Assembly (NCBI GenBank): GCA_944393245.1
Contig: CALXZM010000004.1
Span: forward strand, 383-64,382
DNA: 64,000 nucleotides
DNA from: an uncultured Alphaproteobacteria bacterium
Lineage (GTDB): Bacteria; Pseudomonadota; Alphaproteobacteria; Rs-D84
Direction: 5' to 3'
The notes under the pieces are model-generated. The model was not told the DNA's origin, searched no databases, and saw only the letters and a program-made list of their open reading frames with translations. The position numbers and the translations under genes were made by a program. Of this stretch, positions 17,917 to 27,751 are shown in pieces; positions within the stretch are counted from its first letter, which is position 1; each line of letters starts with the position of its first letter.

Positions 17917-19701
17917 ATGAGATTTGATGCCAAACAATTACAAGAAATGTCTAAATCCGTGCGTGCGCATGCGCTGGATGCCGTGCGTCATGCGGGGTCT
18001 GGCCATGTCGGAATCGTGCTGGGGGCGGCGGATATTGTCACCACGATTTATGCGAATTTTCTGCGTCGTGGCCGCGACAGGTTCGTTTTGTCCGCAGGAC
18101 ACGGCAGTGCATTGTTGTATTCTGTGTTAAAACTGGCCGGGTATGATGTTGGTGATTTACACGGGTTTAGAAAACTGGGGGGATTGCCGGGACATCCAGA
18201 ATGCGGAATTGATGGTGTTTTTGCCACAACAGGCCCGTTGGGGCAGGGTGTTGGGAACGCGGTCGGGTTGGCATTGGCTGAAAAAATACGTGGCACGGAC
18301 GGTATTATTTATTGTTTGTGCAGTGATGGCGATTTGAGTGAGGGGGTCGCGGCCGAGGCGATAACCTTTGCCGGTCGGTATCAGTTGGATAATTTAGTTT
18401 TAATTTGGGATGATAACGGTATCAGTATTGACGGCGATGCATTGACAGATATTGATGTTGCGGAACGTATGCGGGCGGCCGGGTGGCGAACGGTTAAGGT
18501 GCCTGGGGATGATTTTAATAAGTTAAATCGGGCGTTACAGGGGGCTGTGGGACGGCATGTGCCGGTATTTATTGATGCCAAAACTGTAATTGGGCGTGGT
18601 TCCAGTGTTGCTGGCACCGCCGCAGCACATGGGTTTGCGTTATCTGATTCAGAAATGATGCAGTTGGTTGAAAAAAATATTTCACCAGTTGGGGATGATT
18701 TGTGGGCAACGGTGGCAAATGACGCGACTGCAAAGTATGCGTTGCATTCGGCCCAGGTGTGTCCAAATGATATTCCGGTGCCTGATTTGGGTGATGTGGC
18801 GTCAACGCGTGAATTGTCCGGGGCATATTTACAATCAATGATTACGGCGGGGTGCACATTGATTGGTGGCAGTGCCGATTTAGGGCATAGCACCAATGCC
18901 AAGGTATCCGCCAGCATAGATATTATGCCACCAAAATATCGTGGCAATTATATAAACTATGGTGTGCGTGAACATGCCATGGGGGCAATAATGAACGGGT
19001 TGGCGGCGACGGGGTTGCGACCGTATGGGTCAACGTTTTTGGTGTTCAGTGATTATATGCGACCGTCGATTCGATTGGCGGCGATGTCTGGATTGCCGGT
19101 TATATATGTTTTTACACATGACAGTATTGCCGTTGGGGCGGATGGACCGACACATCAGCCAATTGAACAATTGCCATCATTACGATTGATACCAAAATTA
19201 AATGTATATCGTCCATGTAATGGGGCCGAAGTGGCGTATGCTTGGTCTGCGGCAATTGCGGACGGTTCGCGTCCCAGCGCAATTATTTTGTCGCGCCAGA
19301 AATTTGCACAAATTAAAACCCCAGGTGGGGCCGATATTTCGCGTGGGGGATATATAATATATCCGGCCACCGCACGTCGTGTACGTGTGACAATTTTGGC
19401 CACAGGGGCCGAAGTGGCATTGGCCGTGGCGGTTGCTAAAAAATTGGGTGACGCGGTCCAGGTGGCCAGTATCCCATCTGTGGCGGATTTTCGTGCCCAG
19501 GATGATAAATATAAGTCTAAAATTTTGGCTGGGTATGTTGTCGCGATAGAGGCCGCCGCAACATCACCGTGGTTTGAATTTGCCGATGCGGTGGTTGGAA
19601 TTGATTCTTTTGGGGTGTCTGGGCCGGGTGATGCGGTTTATTCTGGTTTTGGATTTGACACAGACACAATTGTGCGCGATATTTTAAAAAAATTAAAATA
19701 A
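17917..19701 (+). CDS. tkt: Transketolase (compact 594-aa form)
   Basis: GSGHVGIVLGAADIV, DRFVLSAGHGSALLYSVL, GHPE, TGPLGQGVGNAVGLALAEK; C-terminal pyrimidine-binding and transketolase C domains. Confidence 0.85.
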   Translation: MRFDAKQLQEMSKSVRAHALDAVRHAGSGHVGIVLGAADIVTTIYANFLRRGRDRFVLSAGHGSALLYSVLKLAGYDVGDLHGFRKLGGLPGHPECGIDGVFATTGPLGQGVGNAVGLALAEKIRGTDGIIYCLCSDGDLSEGVAAEAITFAGRYQLDNLVLIWDDNGISIDGDALTDIDVAERMRAAGWRTVKVPGDDFNKLNRALQGAVGRHVPVFIDAKTVIGRGSSVAGTAAAHGFALSDSEMMQLVEKNISPVGDDLWATVANDATAKYALHSAQVCPNDIPVPDLGDVASTRELSGAYLQSMITAGCTLIGGSADLGHSTNAKVSASIDIMPPKYRGNYINYGVREHAMGAIMNGLAATGLRPYGSTFLVFSDYMRPSIRLAAMSGLPVIYVFTHDSIAVGADGPTHQPIEQLPSLRLIPKLNVYRPCNGAEVAYAWSAAIADGSRPSAIILSRQKFAQIKTPGGADISRGGYIIYPATARRVRVTILATGAEVALAVAVAKKLGDAVQVASIPSVADFRAQDDKYKSKILAGYVVAIEAAATSPWFEFADAVVGIDSFGVSGPGDAVYSGFGFDTDTIVRDILKKLK

Positions 19702-19714
19702 AATCTGTTTATTA

Positions 19715-20422
19715 ATGGCTGAATACGAATTTGTTTTGTCGTCGGGTGAACGGATACCGATTATTATTACTGCGCGTCGCGGGTTGCGTAATATTACGTT
19801 GCGCCCGAAAACGCGCCCAGTGCGTGAAATACATATATCTAAACCATGGTTGACCCCAATTTCAGTGGCGTTGCGATTTGTAGAACAAAAACGCACATGG
19901 TGTGAACGCATATTTAATAATGCCCCACAAAAGGTGCATATAACCCCAGGGGATGAGATTGACTTTTTGGGTTGGCATGTCGTTTTGCAACATGATACGG
20001 ACCGCCGTGGTAATGATTTTGTCGTGCATGATGATGGGACGGCCGTGTTAGTCGTTGGGGGCGGGGTGGATATGTTTGAACGGCGTGTTCGTGATTTTAT
20101 TCGTGCGCAATTTTTAATTGCTGTAAAACAGATGATACGTACCGCACCGCGTGATTTATGGCCACGACGTGTTGCAATTCGTGATACTTCATCACGATGG
20201 GGCAGTTGTTCAACCAGTGGCACGATGTCTTTTTCGTGGCGATTGGCGTTTGCGCCACGCGATGTTATGCGGTATGTCGTTATGCATGAATTGGCGCACC
20301 AGGTGCATATGAATCATTCACCAGAATTTTGGCAGACTGTTGCGCAGTTGTATGGTTTTGGGGTTGAACGCGCAAAGCGTTGGTTGGCCGTTCATGGTGC
20401 AGAATTACACCGGTATTTTTAA
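19715..20422 (+). CDS. YgjP/DUF45-family (SprT-like) zinc metallohydrolase
   Basis: YVVMHELAHQVHMNHSPEFWQTV is the HExxH..NHS..FW signature of the DUF45/YgjP family. Confidence 0.7.
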   Translation: MAEYEFVLSSGERIPIIITARRGLRNITLRPKTRPVREIHISKPWLTPISVALRFVEQKRTWCERIFNNAPQKVHITPGDEIDFLGWHVVLQHDTDRRGNDFVVHDDGTAVLVVGGGVDMFERRVRDFIRAQFLIAVKQMIRTAPRDLWPRRVAIRDTSSRWGSCSTSGTMSFSWRLAFAPRDVMRYVVMHELAHQVHMNHSPEFWQTVAQLYGFGVERAKRWLAVHGAELHRYF

Positions 20423-20476
20423 CTTGTTTATTTAATATCAATAAATTATACTGAATATTGAATCAACAGGGATGTT

Positions 20477-20676
20477 GGTTCGGGGACTTAGCAAGCCCGT
20501 ATCTGTATAACGCAAAAGCGTTATAATCCACCAACGGCGCGCCGTTGGATTACCTGGCCCGTGGGTCGGGTTGTGTCGGCTATACAACAGATTATGTAGC
20601 ATAATCGAAAACCGACAGATCATTTACAGATATGATTTGCTAACTTCCCGACCACCAAGAAATCTGGTGGTTTTTG
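20477..20676 (+). ncRNA. Candidate structured small RNA (6S-like rod) or MITE. The 5' and 3' ends form a long interrupted helix, there is an internal perfect palindrome, and the element ends in an intrinsic terminator.
   Basis: The 5' segment gggacttagcaagcccgtatctgta is a near-perfect reverse complement of the 3' segment tacagatatgatttgctaacttccc. Internal palindrome ccaacggcgcgccgttgg. Terminator ccaccaagaaatctggtggttttt. A TATACT -10-like hexamer lies about 25 nt upstream. Confidence 0.3.
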
Positions 20677-20705
20677 TTTAACTGTTAGACAAAAAGGAAG
20701 AAGCA

Positions 20706-21446
20706 ATGAAAAAAGTACTATGTGGTTCAATGTTTGCATTGGTTGCGACTGGCGCAATGGCGAACGGTTTTTATATCAATCCACAGGTTGCGTACAGCAT
20801 CACGTCGGTTTCAGAATCACGTGTTGAAAAATCCGCACAAAATGGTTCTTGGGCTGAATTTGTGAATAACAAGCACGAATCTTGGGCTGATAAGGGACAT
20901 CAATTTTCACCAAAAATTGCGGTCGGTTACGAATTTGATATGGATAAGGCCGGCATTTTATCAATCGAAGCCGAATATGGCGAAGTAGATAATTTCTTTA
21001 ATGCGGTTGGGTTCGATATGGCAGAAAATGGTGATAGGCCAAACGACACGGATGTCAGAAACTTTACATATGACGAACGTACGTTGGGGTTGAACCTGAA
21101 ATACGGATATAAAGTTTATAAATTTATTCCGTATGTGACGGCCGGTATCGGATACACAACAATTGAATCTGAAAATAATTTCCGCAGTGGACGCTATTTC
21201 TGGGAAACACCGGCAACAACGGAAAATATGTCGTGGAATGTCGGCGTTGGTGTCGAAGTGCCATTGACCGATAATGTTGCGTTCAATGTGGCGTATAAGT
21301 ATACCGACCTGGGCAGTGTTGAATACACAAATGGTATGTTTTATGACAATCATGTCGCGGGCCAGGGTGGTATAACAAGTGTGTTTGATTCAGATGTTGA
21401 TTTGGATAAACATGAAATTATCGCAGGTGTTAAATTGACTTTCTAA
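20706..21446 (+). CDS. Outer-membrane beta-barrel protein (Omp25/Omp31/OmpA-like family)
   Basis: Signal peptide MKKVLCGSMFALVATGAMA, alternating amphipathic beta-strand pattern, C-terminal ...KLTF with terminal Phe. Strong RBS aaaggaagaagca. Confidence 0.7.
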   Translation: MKKVLCGSMFALVATGAMANGFYINPQVAYSITSVSESRVEKSAQNGSWAEFVNNKHESWADKGHQFSPKIAVGYEFDMDKAGILSIEAEYGEVDNFFNAVGFDMAENGDRPNDTDVRNFTYDERTLGLNLKYGYKVYKFIPYVTAGIGYTTIESENNFRSGRYFWETPATTENMSWNVGVGVEVPLTDNVAFNVAYKYTDLGSVEYTNGMFYDNHVAGQGGITSVFDSDVDLDKHEIIAGVKLTF

Positions 21447-21694
21447 GCACGTCTGTATGTTGTTGGTTTGGTTAATATGCCCTGAAATTCGGGGCATATT
21501 TTTATAAAAAACTTGAAAAATGTTGATTTTAGGGTACTATTTTAGTGTGAATATTCAAAAATACATCTTTGTTGTGTTGCATCACGCCCGCCGGGGCGAC
21601 TGTTTATAGCGTTTTGTAATTTCGTATGATATAATAAGTTTAATGTTAAAATGCTCTTTTCATCATAAGTGGGCGGAACAATAGGAAATAAAAA

Positions 21695-22981
21695 ATGGAA
21701 TTAAAACCGACAAAGACTTTATCTGGATTCATAGAATTATTACCGGCGCAGCAGCGTTGCTTTGACGAATGTGCGGCGCGTATGCAGCGTGTGTTAAAAA
21801 CGGCCGGGTTTGCACATCTGGATTTGCCCGCCATTGAACGGGCCGAGGTTTTAACCGATAAAGATAACTGGGACGAAATTGAAACGCAAATGTTTCTGTT
21901 TCAAAAGGGTGACACTAAAATGGGACTGCGATATGACGGAACGGTTGGGTTATCGCGTTATGTCGCAGGGCACTTGAATAATTTGGTGTTTCCATTTCGT
22001 GCATATCAGTTCGCGCGTAATTATCGCGGTGAACGTCCGCAACGTGGCCGGTATCGCGAATTTTACCAGATGGATTTGGATATAATGGGTATAGATTCTT
22101 TGTCTGAAAACTATGATGCGGAAATTGTCGCAACATTGGCGCGGGCATATGAATCTGTGGCTGAATTTATTGGGCCGGTGAATATTCGTGTCGGAAATCG
22201 TCGTTTTTGGAATGCCATGTTCGCGCATTTGAATCTGACAGATGAACAAAGTCGTGCGGCATTCGTTCTGATTGATAAACGTGACAAGATTTCTGATTTC
22301 TATGATGGTTTGGTGGAAAGTGTTGGTGCGGATGCGGCAAATGAAATAAATAAAGTATTTTCAAATGGGTACAGAAGTTTTGTTGGCTTGTCTGATGATT
22401 TAGATGGCGCGATAAGTGAAATGGATGCGTTTATGAACCTGTTGGATTCAATGGGGATAAAAAATGCGGTTATTGATTTGGGAATTATGCGTGGTCACGC
22501 GTATTATACGGGGATAGTATTTGAATTTTTCCTGGATAATTTTCCTGAATTGGGTGCGATTGGTGGCGGTGGCCGGTATGAAGATTTGGCGTCCAAGTTT
22601 TCAAAAACAAAAATTATCGGGGTTGGCGCGGCCGTTGGTTTTTCGCGCCTGATGGTGGCGTTGTTGGACGATAATCGTATAGATTTAACGCCGTTTATGC
22701 ACCCAGTACGTGCCGCGGTTTTGTGTATGGGTCAGGCACAGGTTGCTTATTCAATGCGGGTTTTGTCCGAATTGCGCAATGCCGGGATTGTTGCGGTGCC
22801 ATATTTGGATGCGACCAAAAAATTTAAAAATCAAATTGAATTTGCTGATAAAATTGGCGCAGATTACAGTATTATAATTGGTGATTCAGAACGTGAATCT
22901 GGAATGTTGGCCGTGAAAAATATGCAGACTGGCGAACAAAAAAATCTGAATTTAGAAGGCACTGTTAATTTGTTAAAATAA
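21695..22981 (+). CDS. hisS: Histidyl-tRNA synthetase (class II)
   Basis: Motif 2 (FRAYQFARNYRGERPQRGRYREFYQMDLD), GGGGRYEDL (HisA/B motif) and a C-terminal anticodon-binding domain. HisZ cannot be fully excluded. Confidence 0.8.
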   Translation: MELKPTKTLSGFIELLPAQQRCFDECAARMQRVLKTAGFAHLDLPAIERAEVLTDKDNWDEIETQMFLFQKGDTKMGLRYDGTVGLSRYVAGHLNNLVFPFRAYQFARNYRGERPQRGRYREFYQMDLDIMGIDSLSENYDAEIVATLARAYESVAEFIGPVNIRVGNRRFWNAMFAHLNLTDEQSRAAFVLIDKRDKISDFYDGLVESVGADAANEINKVFSNGYRSFVGLSDDLDGAISEMDAFMNLLDSMGIKNAVIDLGIMRGHAYYTGIVFEFFLDNFPELGAIGGGGRYEDLASKFSKTKIIGVGAAVGFSRLMVALLDDNRIDLTPFMHPVRAAVLCMGQAQVAYSMRVLSELRNAGIVAVPYLDATKKFKNQIEFADKIGADYSIIIGDSERESGMLAVKNMQTGEQKNLNLEGTVNLLK

Positions 22982-22996
22982 AAATGTGATAATACC

Positions 22997-24061
22997 ATGA
23001 TAATAGAAGATAAATTAAAAGATATTAAAAAGCATGCCGCAGAAATTGCAAACCAGATGAATTCTGGTGACGTGTCTGGCGCAGAATTGACCAGATTGTC
23101 CAAAGAATATTCGCAACTGACGGATGTTTTACCGCTGATTGATGAATATTTTCAAATAAAGCAGGGCATATCAGATGCCAAAGAAATGCTGCATGATGCG
23201 GAATTAAAAAATATTGCCGCAGAACAGTTGGACGAATTAAACCATAAATTGCCTGATGTTGAAAAACAGTTGCAAATAGCGTTGCTGCCGCGGGACGAAG
23301 CAGACGATAACGGTGTTATCATGGAAATTCGTGCCGGGGTCGGCGGTGAAGAGTCTGCCTTGTTCGCGGGTGATTTATATAATCAATACAAATCGTATGC
23401 GTTGCGTCATGGTTGGAAAGTAGAAGTCATAGAAGAAAATGCAACATCTTTGCATGGGTATAAAGAAATAATTTTTAAAATTGATGGTGCGGGTGCATAT
23501 GCGCGTATGAAATTTGAATCTGGCATTCATCGTGTTCAGCGCGTTCCTGAAACCGAGGCCGGTGGGCGTATTCATACCAGTGCGGCGTCTGTGGCCGTTA
23601 TGCCAGAGGCAAAGGATATAAATATCGTCATTGATGATAAAGATATTCGTATCGATGTGTTCCGTGCGTCTGGTGCTGGTGGGCAACATGTTAACAAAAC
23701 TGACAGTGCGGTTCGTATAACGCACTTTCCAACGGGAATTGTGGTCACGTGTCAAAATGAACGCAGCCAATTTCAAAACAAGGCTGCGGCCATGGATGTT
23801 TTGCGGTCTAAATTGTATGAAAAACAACGCGAAGAGCAAAATAATGCCAGTAATTCCGCACGTAAAAGTATGGTTGGTTCGGGGGACCGCAGTGAAAAAA
23901 TCAGAACTTATAATTTCCCAGAACAGCGTGTTACCGATCATCGCATCAAATTGACACTGTATAAATTAGACGATATTTTGGCGGGCGGGGCGGCATTGGA
24001 CGAAATGATTGATGCATTGACTGCGGCGGACCAATTGGAACGGTTGGCAAATATGGATTAA
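22997..24061 (+). CDS. prfA: Peptide chain release factor 1
   Basis: GGQ motif (SGAGGQHVNKTDSAVRITH) and the RF1-type RVQRVP-x-TE..GRIHTSA block. Here the tripeptide is PET. Confidence 0.9.
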   Translation: MIIEDKLKDIKKHAAEIANQMNSGDVSGAELTRLSKEYSQLTDVLPLIDEYFQIKQGISDAKEMLHDAELKNIAAEQLDELNHKLPDVEKQLQIALLPRDEADDNGVIMEIRAGVGGEESALFAGDLYNQYKSYALRHGWKVEVIEENATSLHGYKEIIFKIDGAGAYARMKFESGIHRVQRVPETEAGGRIHTSAASVAVMPEAKDINIVIDDKDIRIDVFRASGAGGQHVNKTDSAVRITHFPTGIVVTCQNERSQFQNKAAAMDVLRSKLYEKQREEQNNASNSARKSMVGSGDRSEKIRTYNFPEQRVTDHRIKLTLYKLDDILAGGAALDEMIDALTAADQLERLANMD

Positions 24062-24133
24062 TATTTTATTGTCGCATATGTAAAAAATATCCGCGTATGC
24101 GGATATTTTTTGATATCACAAAAGTGTATTCGT

Positions 24134-25261
24134 TTAGAATATATATTTTAAATTAAACCCGCCATTCCAACCGGCACGTCCACCGTCACGACGGTTTAAA
24201 TTCAGTGCAATGTTAAAGCGGTCGATCGATTTTTCAATACTTATACCATATTCGGCATAATCACGTGTGTCCAGGTCATCGTATTGAACACCGTCAACAA
24301 TAACGTCGCCACCGTGTCCCATCATAAATGCGTATTTAAAATTAATTGAACCAAACCAACCGCGACCGATATGCTTGATTGCGCGAATTTCAGGCGCGAT
24401 TTCAAATGAATTAAAGTTTTGGTTTGCAACGGCATTTCCGGACATTGACATATAATTTGCGCCACCAATCCATGTGTATCCTGCGTAAACGCCCGGTTGG
24501 ATTGTAAACGAATCATCCAATGCGATATTGTATGTCATGTTTATTGCGGCGCCCGCCCACATATTTGCGAATTCATCATTGCCGTATTTATGTTCGGCGT
24601 TGTTATACAGTGTTCCAAAATTAGCAGCCAATGAAATATTAAAACGTTGGATGTTGTATCCTGTGTACAGGCCAACATAACCGCCACGTTCGTCCAGGTT
24701 TATAAATTCATTTTCCTGGGTTCCGCCAACATATCCACCGAAAATACCCCATTCGGATATTCCGATGCCACGTTGCGCTTCCCCGCCGGCCAGACCAAAC
24801 GATATTAAATCCATGTCTGTATTTAATTCATCGTATCCCTTGAACTTTATGTCGTCCGCAGCATGTTGCCAATTTAACCAAATGCTGTTTATTACAGGGC
24901 GGGCGTCTGAATATTCAGTGGTTTCCGGTGCGTCACCACCATTACGACCCGACTGTGATGCTTTCTGGGCGTTGCCGTCATCGCCATATTCGCCATATAA
25001 TCTGGGCCAACCATACATGGGGGTTGTGCCGTACATGTATTTTGATTCTGGATCTTGCCTTACCAGGCGGGCGCGTCCACCCAGGGCCGCGGCGGCGGTA
25101 CCTTCAAACGTTTGCATGGCATTGGTCATGATAGAATGTTGCAATGCGGTAATATTATTTGTTGTAAATGTGTTTGCATAAATATGCGGATTAACCGCAG
25201 CAAAACCGCCGTTTGTGGACAATATAAATATACTAAGCGCAAATAGTGATGTTTTTTTCAT
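24134..25261 (-). CDS. Outer-membrane beta-barrel protein (porin-like), hypothetical
   Basis: Signal peptide MKKTSLFALSIFILSTNGGFAAV, aromatic-rich alternating strands, C-terminal ...LKYIF. Confidence 0.55.
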   Translation of the reverse strand: MKKTSLFALSIFILSTNGGFAAVNPHIYANTFTTNNITALQHSIMTNAMQTFEGTAAAALGGRARLVRQDPESKYMYGTTPMYGWPRLYGEYGDDGNAQKASQSGRNGGDAPETTEYSDARPVINSIWLNWQHAADDIKFKGYDELNTDMDLISFGLAGGEAQRGIGISEWGIFGGYVGGTQENEFINLDERGGYVGLYTGYNIQRFNISLAANFGTLYNNAEHKYGNDEFANMWAGAAINMTYNIALDDSFTIQPGVYAGYTWIGGANYMSMSGNAVANQNFNSFEIAPEIRAIKHIGRGWFGSINFKYAFMMGHGGDVIVDGVQYDDLDTRDYAEYGISIEKSIDRFNIALNLNRRDGGRAGWNGGFNLKYIF

Positions 25262-25402
25262 CTCTTGTGTTCCCCCCCAGTATGAATTTTCATATTCATT
25301 TATATTATATCACATTTTTACGTCATTGAAAAATAAAAAGCAAAAAATTCCTGTGCAGGATTTTTATTGAGAAATCGGCCTTTTTCTAGTAAAATTACAG
25401 TT

Positions 25403-25963
25403 ATGAAAGAAAATATTGATTTGAACAAGCCCATCGTTATGGTGGGGCTGATGGGGGCCGGCAAAACCAGTGTGGGGCGTGCTTTGGCCCGACGATTGGG
25501 TATACCGTTCGTTGATTCTGACAAGGAAATAGAGGCTGCTGCCGGTGCCAGTGTGGTGGATATATTTTCTATGTATGGCGAAGCTGAATTTCGGCGTGCT
25601 GAACAACGTGTAATTGCGCGATTGTTTGATACACCGCCCGTGTTAAAGGTAATTTCCACGGGCGAGGGTGCATTTATCACCCCGGCGGTGCGTGAAATGG
25701 TGTTGCAGCGCGCGGTATCGGTATGGCTGCGCGCGGATTTGGATTTATTGGTAAAAAGAACTAATTTTCGTCATACGCGTCCGCAACTGTTGCATACGGA
25801 CAGTCGTAAAATTTTGGCGCAATTAATCGACGAACGTTATGATATTTATGCCATGGCTGATATAACGGTGGAAACGCGGGATGAAAGCCTGCGTAAAACG
25901 TTGGACAAGGTTGTTAACGCAATTCGCGATTTTCAAAATAGAGAGGAAAAAACAAATGGCTAA
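25403..25963 (+). CDS. aroK: Shikimate kinase
   Basis: PIVMVGLMGAGKTSVGRALARRLGIPFVDSDKEIE... Confidence 0.8.
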   Translation: MKENIDLNKPIVMVGLMGAGKTSVGRALARRLGIPFVDSDKEIEAAAGASVVDIFSMYGEAEFRRAEQRVIARLFDTPPVLKVISTGEGAFITPAVREMVLQRAVSVWLRADLDLLVKRTNFRHTRPQLLHTDSRKILAQLIDERYDIYAMADITVETRDESLRKTLDKVVNAIRDFQNREEKTNG

Positions 25964-26519
25964 GAGTAAATTTTTAAGTGAATTTAGAACTTTTTTGGAA
26001 CGCGGCAGTGCGATTGATATGGCGGTCGGTATAATCGTCGGCAGTGTTATGACGACGATGGTGAATTCGTTGGTCAAAGACGTTATTATGCCGCCAATTG
26101 GAATGTTGCTGGGGGATATTGATTTTTCGCAATTTTTTATTGTGTTGTCCGGTGGCGAACCCGGGGCGCATTATAATACAGTTGCCGAAGCCCAGGCTGC
26201 TGGTGCGGCAACAATGAACATAGGTGTGTTTTTAAATACGGTGGTCAGTTTCTTTATAACTATGTTTGCCGTATTTATGTTGGTGAAAATTATGAACAAG
26301 GTGCGCGCTAAAAAGGCTGTTACGACGCGTACGTGTCCGTATTGTAAATCAACCATTAATGCCGAGGCTTCAAAATGTCCAAATTGTTGTTCGTCTGTTG
26401 TGCCAGAACAGGTAATACCGGCACAGCCCAGTGATTTGGAAAAGAATATTGGTAAAATCACCAAAATAGCAAAGAAAAAAGTTTCAAAAATTATAAAAAT
26501 AACAAAGGGTTCAAAGTAA
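25956..26519 (+). CDS. mscL: Large-conductance mechanosensitive channel MscL with a C-terminal CxxC-x16-CxxC zinc-ribbon extension
   Basis: FLERGSAIDMAVGIIVGSVMTTMVNSLVKDVIMPPIGMLLGDIDFSQFF... matches the MscL TM1/periplasmic loop/TM2. The extra tail is TCPYCKSTINAEASKCPNCCS plus a Lys-rich end. Confidence 0.8.
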   Translation: MAKSKFLSEFRTFLERGSAIDMAVGIIVGSVMTTMVNSLVKDVIMPPIGMLLGDIDFSQFFIVLSGGEPGAHYNTVAEAQAAGAATMNIGVFLNTVVSFFITMFAVFMLVKIMNKVRAKKAVTTRTCPYCKSTINAEASKCPNCCSSVVPEQVIPAQPSDLEKNIGKITKIAKKKVSKIIKITKGSK

Positions 26520-26524
26520 AAATT

Positions 26525-26565
26525 AAAGTTAGTGTTTAGGGCGGGGCAAGCGTAATCGTTGCCCC
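26525..26565 (+). terminator. Rho-independent terminator after mscL
   Basis: gggcggggcaagcgtaatcgttgccccgttttttt. Confidence 0.55.
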
Positions 26566-27628
26566 GTTTTTTTGATTGTTTGCATGATTGTTGGTTGGGG
26601 TTGCAGATGTGTTTTTTTTGTATCGTTGAAAAATAAAAGTTATTTGTATAAACAAAGTAAAAGTTTTATTTGTTTAAATGTTTGTTTATTTAATTTTCTG
26701 ACCTGGTAATGGTTTTGGGTTTATGTATAGTTGTGGGCATTATGGGGTACTTTTGTTGGGGCGGCCGATTACAGGTGTGATAAATATGTTTGATATGTTT
26801 GGTGGTTGCGCGTCGTTGATTTGGGTTGGTGATTTATTCGGCGCGTTAAATGTTGATGATATCGTGGTGTTTGTTTGGTAAAAATATTTTGCATAGTATT
26901 GGTAATTTGTGGTGAGTGTTATTGAAATATTGGGTGGTTCGCGCACTTTGTTGGTTGACATTTATGGTGCCAGGGCATTAATATATAAAAGGCGCATAAT
27001 GTATATTATGTATAGTTTGGTGTTGTAGTGGGGTGGTTTTGGGTATTTTTTGGTGCGTGTTTATCTGTTTATTTTATTTATTTATTTTGTCTGTTTGTTT
27101 TATTTATGTGATTTTGGTTGATTGGCATTCGTTTGGTGGCTGTTTGAATTGTGGGATGTGTTACGTTGTCGGGTAAATTATTTTTGGTGTATACAGATTG
27201 TTGTGTTAATTGATTGGCTGTGTTTGTGTCTGATGTGGATTTAAATATTTTTTATGTTGCGCACACAATTGTGGATGCTTTTTGTGGCATATGTTTTAAT
27301 TGGTTGGGCGAATTGTGGTTTGTGTTAAAATGCTTTATTAAGTGTATTAAATAATAATTTGTTTTTATGGTTATAATTTAAATATTGTTACCGGTGTGTT
27401 TGCCGTCGATTTTGTCCGTTTTTTTGTTGTTTTGGGTGGGTTTTTAGCCACAAAAAAGTAAAAAATCCCGGATTTCTGGGCTTTTTGCGGGTTTTTAGGC
27501 GGTTTTGTGTGGTGGTGATACAGGTTATAAATAATATTAAATAATAATATGTTATTTTAATATTTTTATAATTTACTTTATGCATTTTTGTTTATTGTTA
27601 ATGCAATCTGATTTAGTGCTTATATATT
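26566..27628. other. About 1.1-kb non-coding stretch. The top strand is strongly G+T-rich (few A/C) with no ORF over 75 aa in any frame.
   Basis: By eye the top strand is built from gttt/ggtt/tgtg words (e.g. ggtggttttgggtattttttggtgcgtgtttatctgtttattttatttatttattttgtctgtttgttttatt). Only two short spurious minus ORFs are present. Confidence 0.6.
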
Positions 27629-27751
27629 ATGTTAAGATACGCTGTTAATATAATGAAGTTAGTGATTTTTTGTTTTTATTTGTTTGGTGCGTATCCGTAT
27701 GATATTAATAATTTGATTTTAAAATATATGTACTGTAAAATAATTTTTATT

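Noticed and set aside
17917-19701. Short (594 aa) transketolase: possible pseudogene or split gene
   Set aside because: All three domains and the TPP-binding motifs are present in one frame with no internal stops. It is simply a compact version.
20440-20700. Considered tmRNA (ssrA), including the permuted two-piece alphaproteobacterial form, because of the 5' ggg...ttcgggga...ttagcaa resemblance
   Set aside because: No T-arm GGTTCGAWTCC adjacent to a CCA acceptor end. No tag reading frame ending in ...AA-stop (the only frame reads ASPYLYNAKAL). The end pairing looks like a rod, not a tRNA-like domain.
22997-24061. RF1 tripeptide anticodon reads PET, not the canonical PAT or PVT
   Set aside because: PxT with a variable middle residue is tolerated in RF1 families. 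Without a comparative alignment this is not evidence of altered stop-codon recognition. Recorded only as a curiosity.
26566-27628. Replication origin (DnaA boxes) in the GT-rich region
   Set aside because: Only near-misses to TTATCCACA/TGTGGATAA (e.g. tgtgataaa, ttgtggatg). No cluster of consensus boxes, no adjacent dnaA/hemE, and no AT-rich DUE pattern distinct from the general GT bias.
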